Shown piece by piece: positions 32,951 to 41,136 of a DNA stretch of 64,000 nucleotides. The position numbers and the translations under genes were made by a program. The stretch is from assembly GCA_035295985.1 (NCBI GenBank), contig DATHBT010000004.1, forward strand, positions 4,170-68,169, in the 5' to 3' direction. Position 1 is the first letter of the stretch, and every line of letters starts with the position of its first letter. The notes below the pieces were generated by a model that searched no databases, had not been told where the DNA came from, and saw nothing but the letters and a program-made list of their open reading frames with translations. The stretch is from Pyrinomonadaceae bacterium (lineage in GTDB: Bacteria; Acidobacteriota; Blastocatellia; Pyrinomonadales; Pyrinomonadaceae).

Positions 32951-35380
32951 CTAGACCCGTTTCGTTGTCGCGCCGGCGCCGGCCACTTCGATCCCGTCGC
33001 CGTCGCCGTTGGCGTCGTCGTCCTCGGCGTAGTAGCCCGAGTAGTAGCTGGCGTAATAGTAGTAGTAGCTGTTCGACGAGTCAGGCACGACGTTGTTGAG
33101 GACGATGCCGAAGATGTGCGCGCCCACGTCGAGCAGTTGCTGCTTGGCGCGGCGCACGACCGCCCGCGAGGAGCGCCCGCCGTGGACGACGAGCATGACG
33201 CCGTCAACCATCGTCGAGAGGATCGAGGCGTCGGTGAAGGAGATGGCCGGCGGCGAGTCGATGATGACGTGCTGGAAGCGCTCGGAGAGGGCCTCCAGCA
33301 GCCGGCGCATCTGCTCGCTGCCCAGCAGCTCGGCCGCGTTGGGCGGCACCGGCCCCGACGTGATGACCTTCAGGTTCGGCAGCTTCTCGTAGGTCTGCAT
33401 GAGCGAGTCGATGTCGAACTCGCCCGACAGGTAGTTGGTCACGCCGCGAGCGTTCGCCATCTCGAAGTGGCCGTGGACGCGCGGGCGGCGCAGGTCGCAG
33501 TCGATCAGCAGGACGTCGGCCCCCGTCTGCGCCAGCATCAGCGCCGTGTTGACGGCGGTCGTCGTCTTGCCCTCGGAGGGCTGCGACGAGGTGACGAGCA
33601 CGGTGCGCGGCGGCTGGCCGGCCGACGAGAGCAGCAACGACGTGCGCAGGTGGCGGTAGGCCTCCGTGACGGGCGAGCGCACGTCCTCGATGAGGGCGAG
33701 CGCCGTCGTCGGCTCGGCCGGGGCCGCCGGCGAGCCGCGGCCCAGCAGCCTGCGCTCCGTTCGAGGCGCGGGGACGAGCGCGAGGGTGGGGAGGTGGATG
33801 TGGCGATCCACGTCCTCGATGGATTTGAGCGTGTCGTCGAGGTAGTCGAGCAGGAATGCCAGGCCGATGCCGGCGGCCAGCGAGAGCACGAGCGCGATCA
33901 GGATGTTGCGCACGCGCGGCGGCCCGATGAGCGCGGGCGTGCGGGCCGGCGTGGCAACGGTGATGTTACTGCTCGCCTCGTGCGGCGACAGCTCCACCTC
34001 CTTCTGCTTCGCCAGGTGGGTGTTGTACATCTGCTTGGTCGTCTCCAGTTCCGCCTGCAGGTTCTGGAGCTTCGTCGCGGCGATGCCCTGGTAGTTGACC
34101 TTGGTGCGCGCCTGCTCGTAGTTGCGGCGCATCTTCTCGGCGTTCGACTTGGCCGACTCGTACTGGTTCCCCAGCGCCTTGACGGCGTCGTGAGCGCGCC
34201 GCTCCTTGGCGCGCTCCAGGTTGCGCCGCTGCTCGTCGAGCCTGACGACGGCCGGGTGCTTCTCGGTGTAGGTGGTGAGCAGAGCGGCGCGCTGCTCTTC
34301 CAGGTTCTCGATCTTCGTTTGGATGTCCTGGATGTACTTGTCCGCCTGCACGGTCGGGATGGAGAGGATGCTGACGCCGGGCTGCTGTAGCGACTCCTGC
34401 ACCCTCTCCCACTCCGACTGCATCGCCTTGTACTTCGCCTCGGCGTCCATCATCTGCGAGCTGTAGGTGGTGAGCTGGAGCGCCGCCAGGTTCTGACCCT
34501 GGACCGGGCCGAGCGGGAGGTCGTTCGCCTGCTTGAACCTCAGCTCGGCGTCCTGCTGCTTCTTCAGCTCGATCTGGAGATCGATGATGCGCTGCGCCAA
34601 CTGCTGGGCCGCCTCCCTCGCGCCGGAGGACTCGCGGTCGAAGTTCTCCCTGATGAAGACGTCGGCGACCGCGTCCGTGATCCTCATCGCCAGGGCCGGG
34701 TCTGAGTGCTGGAACCGGATGTCGATGAGGCTAGTGTCTTTGACGGGTGAGATGAGCAGCCCCGACCTCAAGGCGTTCTCGAGCGCCTCCATCCGGGCCT
34801 CCTGCTCGGACGTGAGCTGGGCGTCGTCCCCCTGCGGGCCGGCGGTCGAGGCGTCGTTGACGACCGACAGCCCGCCCCCGCCCGACTTCTCGTTCTTCTT
34901 CGGCTGCTGGCCCGAGACGGCGCGGCGCAGCGCGCCGAGCAGGCCGGGCCGCTCCTGCGCGCCCGTGAACGCAGGGTCGTTGTGCAGCCCGAGCCTGAGA
35001 ATGACCTTGCGCGCCAGGCGCGGGTTCTCCAGCAGCTTCAACTGCGTCGCCCAGAAGGTCGGGTCGGTGCCCGCGTTCAGGATCAGCTCCTTCGTCTTGA
35101 TCAGGTTCTTGCTCTTCTGCTCGATCTGGATGGTCGTCTGGGCCTCGTAGATCGACGGCTGCCGGTACGCCTGGATGGCGGCGAGCGAGGTGACCACCAC
35201 GGCGAGACTCAGGATGAGCCACTTCCGCTTGAGCACGATCTGGATGTAATCGCGCAGGTGCGTCGGCTCGGCCGCGTTGTAGGTATTGTTGGGGCGCTCC
35301 GGGTGGGTCAGTTCGCGTAGCGGCCGGTCGAGCGGCGCGGTGCCCGGCGGCAGGGACATCAGGCGGTTATCTTGCGACAT
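32951..35380 (-). CDS. polysaccharide co-polymerase / tyrosine autokinase (Wzc/GumC-type BY-kinase)
   Basis: 809 aa with an N-terminal TM helix and chain-length-determinant region, a long coiled-coil periplasmic part and a second TM helix. The P-loop kinase has SSQPSEGKTTTAVNTA, LLIDCDLRRP and VIIDSPP. The tail is Tyr-rich (SSNSYYYYYASYYSGYY). Confidence 0.88.
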   Translation of the reverse strand: MSQDNRLMSLPPGTAPLDRPLRELTHPERPNNTYNAAEPTHLRDYIQIVLKRKWLILSLAVVVTSLAAIQAYRQPSIYEAQTTIQIEQKSKNLIKTKELILNAGTDPTFWATQLKLLENPRLARKVILRLGLHNDPAFTGAQERPGLLGALRRAVSGQQPKKNEKSGGGGLSVVNDASTAGPQGDDAQLTSEQEARMEALENALRSGLLISPVKDTSLIDIRFQHSDPALAMRITDAVADVFIRENFDRESSGAREAAQQLAQRIIDLQIELKKQQDAELRFKQANDLPLGPVQGQNLAALQLTTYSSQMMDAEAKYKAMQSEWERVQESLQQPGVSILSIPTVQADKYIQDIQTKIENLEEQRAALLTTYTEKHPAVVRLDEQRRNLERAKERRAHDAVKALGNQYESAKSNAEKMRRNYEQARTKVNYQGIAATKLQNLQAELETTKQMYNTHLAKQKEVELSPHEASSNITVATPARTPALIGPPRVRNILIALVLSLAAGIGLAFLLDYLDDTLKSIEDVDRHIHLPTLALVPAPRTERRLLGRGSPAAPAEPTTALALIEDVRSPVTEAYRHLRTSLLLSSAGQPPRTVLVTSSQPSEGKTTTAVNTALMLAQTGADVLLIDCDLRRPRVHGHFEMANARGVTNYLSGEFDIDSLMQTYEKLPNLKVITSGPVPPNAAELLGSEQMRRLLEALSERFQHVIIDSPPAISFTDASILSTMVDGVMLVVHGGRSSRAVVRRAKQQLLDVGAHIFGIVLNNVVPDSSNSYYYYYASYYSGYYAEDDDANGDGDGIEVAGAGATTKRV

Positions 35381-35625
35381 CTTCCTCTTAAAACCTCAAA
35401 AACGGGGACACTATTTCCGGGAATCCGGACGGGCCTTAACGGACAGCGGAGCATGATAGCAGACGGGGGGGCTGCCGCGAAACGCGAAACGGGTGCGGCA
35501 GGAAGGTTTAGAGACGCCAGAGGGCGGCAGAAGGTTGCCCCGGCGGGCCGTAATCGGCCGGCCCCCGCGCCGGGCCCTCCCCGGTCGGGCCTCGCTCCCG
35601 CCACCCCGGCGCATCTTCAAGGTCT

Positions 35626-36468
35626 TCAGCGGCCGACGAACTCGCGGAGCGCGTCGCGCCAGTCGGGCAGGGCGGCGAGGCCGAGGGCGGGCGAGAGCAG
35701 GCAGCGCAGGCGCGAGTTGCGCGGGCGCGGCGCGGGCCTGCCGAGCGAGTCCATCGGGACGCCCTCAAGGCCGGAGTCATCGCAGCCGGCTACGCGCAGC
35801 GCCTCGCGCGCGTAACCCTCGAAGCTCGTGCCGTCGCCCGCGTTGACGACGTGATAGACGCCGGGCAGGTCGAGCGCGGCCAGCTCGCGCAGGCGGCGGG
35901 CGAGGTGCGGCGCGTAGGTCGGCGTGCCGAACGCGTCGTCGATGGCCCTGAGGGGCCCGCCCGCGCGTGCGAGTTCCACGACGCGCGCGAGGAAGTTCCG
36001 TCCGCCCGGCCCGAAAATCCAGCCCGTGCGGACAACCGAGCAGCGGGCCGTCGCGGCCTGCGCGCGCCGCTCGCCTTCGAGCTTGGAGCGCGCGTAGGCG
36101 CTCTGCGGGTCCGGGTCGTCGCGCTGCGTGTAGAAGCCGTCGCGGTCGCCGCGGAAGACGTAGTCGGTCGAGATGGTGACAAAGGAGGCGCCCGCGCGCC
36201 GGCTCTCCGCGGCCAGAATCTCGACGGCGTCAGAGTTGACCAGCCGCGCCCGCGCCGGGTCGCGCTCGCACCCGTCCACGTCCGTCCACCCCGCGCAGTT
36301 GACGACCGCCTCGGGCCGCTCGCGCGCGAAGACTTCCCGCACGCCCGCCGAGCGCGTGATGTCGAGCGACGCGCGCTCGTGCGCGAAGACCTCGTCGCCC
36401 AGCGCGCGGCAGTGCGCCGCCAACGCCGCGCCGACCATCCCGCCCGCCCCGGTGATCAGGATGCGCAT
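35626..36468 (-). CDS. rfbD: dTDP-4-dehydrorhamnose reductase
   Basis: 280 aa with MRILITGAGGMVGAAL, the NCAGWTDVDGCE motif and STDYVF. Confidence 0.9.
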   Translation of the reverse strand: MRILITGAGGMVGAALAAHCRALGDEVFAHERASLDITRSAGVREVFARERPEAVVNCAGWTDVDGCERDPARARLVNSDAVEILAAESRRAGASFVTISTDYVFRGDRDGFYTQRDDPDPQSAYARSKLEGERRAQAATARCSVVRTGWIFGPGGRNFLARVVELARAGGPLRAIDDAFGTPTYAPHLARRLRELAALDLPGVYHVVNAGDGTSFEGYAREALRVAGCDDSGLEGVPMDSLGRPAPRPRNSRLRCLLSPALGLAALPDWRDALREFVGR

Positions 36469-36487
36469 AAAAAGCAGGAGCCAGTTC

Positions 36488-36571
36488 GATTGCGGAATGC
36501 GGATTTCGGATTGCGGATTAGAAGACGGCCTGTCTTTACAATCCGCAATCCGAAATCCGCATTCCGCAATT
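36488..36571. repeat. heptamer-arm hairpin (GATTGCG / CGCAATC units), 31-bp perfect stem
   Basis: The left-arm units GATTGCG GAATGCG GATTTCG GATTGCG start at 36488. The 31-bp stem 36489-36519 pairs perfectly with 36540-36570 (AATCCGCAATCCGAAATCCGCATTCCGCAAT). The loop is 20 nt. The right arm ends at the rfbB stop codon (36571-36573). Confidence 0.9.
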
Positions 36572-37584
36572 CAGAGTGTTCTATACTGCCGCGCGTAGAA
36601 CTCGCGGTACACGCCGCTGCGCGCGCGCGCGATCCATTCGGGGTTGGCAGCATACCAGTCGATGGTCTTGCGCAGGCCCGTCTCCCAGGTCTCGCGCGGT
36701 TGCCAGCCGAGCTCTCGCTCGACTGTCGAGGCGTCGATGGCGTAGCGGCGGTCGTGGCCGGGTCGATCTTTGACGAACTTGATCAGGGAGCGGGGCTTCG
36801 CGAGCGCGTCGAGTATGGACTCGACGACTTCGAGGTTGCGGCGCGGGTTGCGCGCGCCGATGTTGTAGGCCGCGCCCGCGCGCCCGCGCTCCGCGGCGGC
36901 GAGCACGGCGCGGCAGTGATCCTCAACGTAAATCCAGTCGCGCACGTTCCGGCCGTCGCCGTACACGGGGACGGCTTCGCCGCCGAGCGCGTTCGAGATG
37001 ATGAGCGGGATCAGCTTTTCGGGGAACTGGCGCGGGCCGTAGTTGTTGCCGCAGCGGGTGGTGACCGCGTCCAGCCCGTGCGTGTGGTGCGCGGCGCGCA
37101 CGAGGTGCTCGGCCGCGGCCTTAGAGGCGGCGTAAGGCGAGTTCGGCTCGAAGGGCGAGTCGTCCGTGAAGACGGCCGCGTCGTCCTCCGGCAGGCTGCC
37201 CATCACCTCGTCGGTCGAGACCTGCACGAAGCGGCCGACCCTTCGCTCGCGCGCGGCGTCGAGCAGCACCTGCGTGCCGAGGACGTTGGTGCGCAGGAAC
37301 TCGTCGGCCGACTCGATGCTGCGATCGACGTGCGACTCGGCGGCGAAGTTGAAGAGGAAGCCCGTGCCCTCTTCGAGCGCGCCGAGGACGGCCCGCGCGT
37401 CGCAGATGTCGCCGCGCAGGAAGCGGTGGCGCGCGGGGTCTAGCCCCGCGAGGTTGTCGAGGTTGCCGGCGTAGGTGAGGGCGTCGAAGTTCGTGACGTG
37501 CGCGTCGGGGAATTCGTCGAGGAGGAGCCTGACGAAGGCCGAGCCGATGAAGCCCGCGCCGCCGGTGACGAAGAATTTTCTCAT
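36571..37584 (-). CDS. rfbB: dTDP-glucose 4,6-dehydratase
   Basis: 337 aa with MRKFFVTGGAGFIGSAFVR, the catalytic YAASKAAAE motif and a typical RfbB C-terminus. Confidence 0.93.
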   Translation of the reverse strand: MRKFFVTGGAGFIGSAFVRLLLDEFPDAHVTNFDALTYAGNLDNLAGLDPARHRFLRGDICDARAVLGALEEGTGFLFNFAAESHVDRSIESADEFLRTNVLGTQVLLDAARERRVGRFVQVSTDEVMGSLPEDDAAVFTDDSPFEPNSPYAASKAAAEHLVRAAHHTHGLDAVTTRCGNNYGPRQFPEKLIPLIISNALGGEAVPVYGDGRNVRDWIYVEDHCRAVLAAAERGRAGAAYNIGARNPRRNLEVVESILDALAKPRSLIKFVKDRPGHDRRYAIDASTVERELGWQPRETWETGLRKTIDWYAANPEWIARARSGVYREFYARQYRTL

Positions 37585-37700
37585 GGTTCAGGTTTGAGCG
37601 GGCGAGTATAGGTGCGGCCAGGAAGGGGAGTCAAGAATCTGTAAGTGGCGCGCCGGGGCGGCTTGCGCGCGCCGCGCCGAGTTCGTATCCTCAGGCGGTC

Positions 37701-39576
<1,876 letters not shown>

Positions 39577-39770
39577 CGCCCCGGCCGGCGCTCCCCACAG
39601 CCCCGCGCGGACGCCCGGCCCGCAGAAGCACGTCCCGCGCCTCCCGCGCGCACAATCCGCCCGCCAGCGCGCCGTCGTAATTACGCTGCCAGCCACGCTT
39701 TACCCTCGCGCCCCGGGCGGCACGCGCCGCCGCTGGCGAACGTGACGCGAATGATGTCTCCGGTTTCTGG

Positions 39771-39799
39771 TTGACAGGCGGCACGAATTGGAGTACAAC
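39771..39799 (+). promoter_or_regulatory. candidate sigma-70-type promoter upstream of the beta-helix protein gene
   Basis: TTGACA (39771-39776), a 17-nt spacer, then TACAAC (39794-39799). It would give a leader of about 200 nt before ATG 40000. This is pattern only, and promoter rules for this phylum are uncertain. Confidence 0.3.
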
Positions 39800-39999
39800 A
39801 TCGCGCGCATTCGCAGGAACCCCCCGGGTTGACGCGCCGTCCATCAGTTCAGCCAAGGGTATTCCCCGCTCGCCCGATTCAAGGAATCGGTTGGCCGCAC
39901 CAGCAGCATCCCCTGCTCGCCACAATACTTCAGGCGGTGCCCCCGCTTGCCCTGAAACCCACAATGTCCTGACTCGCCGAACCTCTAAGGAGATTAGAA

Positions 40000-40953
40000 A
40001 TGACTAAGCTTCGCTTCACTATGCAGACCCTCGCCCTCGCCGCGTTCATGCTGGCGCTCACCTCCATCGCCCAGGCTCAGGCTACACGCACGTGGGTGTC
40101 GGGCGTCGGCGACGACGTCAACCCCTGCAGCCGCACCGCCCCCTGCAAGACCTTCGCCGGCGCCATTTCGAAGACCGCCGCCGGCGGCGAGATCGACGCC
40201 CTCGACCCGGGTGGGTTCGGCACCGTCACCATCACGAAGAACATGACCATCGACGGCGGGAAGGGCTCGGGCTGGGCTTCGATCCTAGCCAGCGGCACGA
40301 CGGGTGTCGTCGTCAACGACAGCGCGACAGGCTCGCCCAACACGATCACCGTCACGCTGCGCAACATCTCGATCAACGGCGCGGGGACCACCCTCGGCGT
40401 ACACGGTATCAATTTTGTCTCCGGCAGGAGGCTCAACGTCGAGAACTGCAACATCTTCAACTTTGCGACTACGGGCATCAACGTCAACCAGACCGGCGCC
40501 ACCAACAACACCGGCACCCTCATCAGCGTGACCAACACGCACATCTACAACACCAACCGCGGCATCGACCTGCTGAACTCGATACAGTTCGTGACGGCCG
40601 TCGTGAATAACTCCACCATCGCGAACCAGGTGGACGGCGTGCGGCTTCGGACGAACGGGCACGCCACGGTGAACAACTCCTCCATCACCTTCTGCTCCGG
40701 CTCCGGCGTCAACATGTTTGGGGCGGCGGGGACCGGGGCCGGCACCACGGCCAACATCATCAACACCGTCGTCAGCCACAACACGACGGGCCTGACCAAC
40801 AACCAAGCAACCACCCGCGTCGGGGGCTCGACCTTCATCGAGAACGGGACGCCCATCTCGATGACCGTCAACAACGCTGTCAAGACCTTCGGCACCAACA
40901 ACATCGAGGGCACGATCACCGGCGGCTCGATGCAGCTGACGCCCACGCAGTAG
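40000..40953 (+). CDS. secreted right-handed parallel beta-helix repeat protein
   Basis: 317 aa with the signal peptide MQTLALAAFMLALTSIAQAQA. The body has Thr/Asn/Gly-rich repeats of about 22-25 aa (ITVTLRNISINGAG, LNVENCNIFNF, ISVTNTHIYNTNRGIDL, AVVNNSTIANQVDGV) typical of pectate-lyase-like beta-helices. Confidence 0.65.
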   Translation: MTKLRFTMQTLALAAFMLALTSIAQAQATRTWVSGVGDDVNPCSRTAPCKTFAGAISKTAAGGEIDALDPGGFGTVTITKNMTIDGGKGSGWASILASGTTGVVVNDSATGSPNTITVTLRNISINGAGTTLGVHGINFVSGRRLNVENCNIFNFATTGINVNQTGATNNTGTLISVTNTHIYNTNRGIDLLNSIQFVTAVVNNSTIANQVDGVRLRTNGHATVNNSSITFCSGSGVNMFGAAGTGAGTTANIINTVVSHNTTGLTNNQATTRVGGSTFIENGTPISMTVNNAVKTFGTNNIEGTITGGSMQLTPTQ

Positions 40954-40972
40954 AACGCGTCGCGTGGCTCCG

Positions 40973-41013
40973 CCCGCCTGCCCAACCCCTGCTCTGGGGG
41001 TTGGGCAGGCGGG
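40973..41013 (+). terminator. hairpin downstream of the beta-helix gene
   Basis: CCCGCCTGCCCAACCCC (40973-40989) pairs with GGGGTTGGGCAGGCGGG (40997-41013) as a perfect 17-bp stem. There is no U tract. Confidence 0.55.
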
Positions 41014-41136
41014 AGCGTTGCTCGCAACCTGTGGCGGGACCCGACGCGGGCTCCGGCATTAAGCCCGTCCGCGCCTTTGATTCCGCTATCCCCTACCTCG
41101 GGCAACTCAGCACAGGATTAATTCGGAGGACTAGCT

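Noticed and set aside
35470-35500. CGAAACG CGAAACG tandem heptamer in the wzc / rfbD spacer
   Set aside because: There are only two units, flanked by a 5-bp GCCGC/GCGGC stem. This is too short to assign to the heptamer-arm hairpin class.
32813-37443. Long + strand ORFs 32813-34390 and 35851-37443
   Set aside because: They are antisense to the Wzc-like kinase and to rfbD/rfbB. The second spans two genes and the hairpin between them. Their composition is typical of GC-rich antisense frames.
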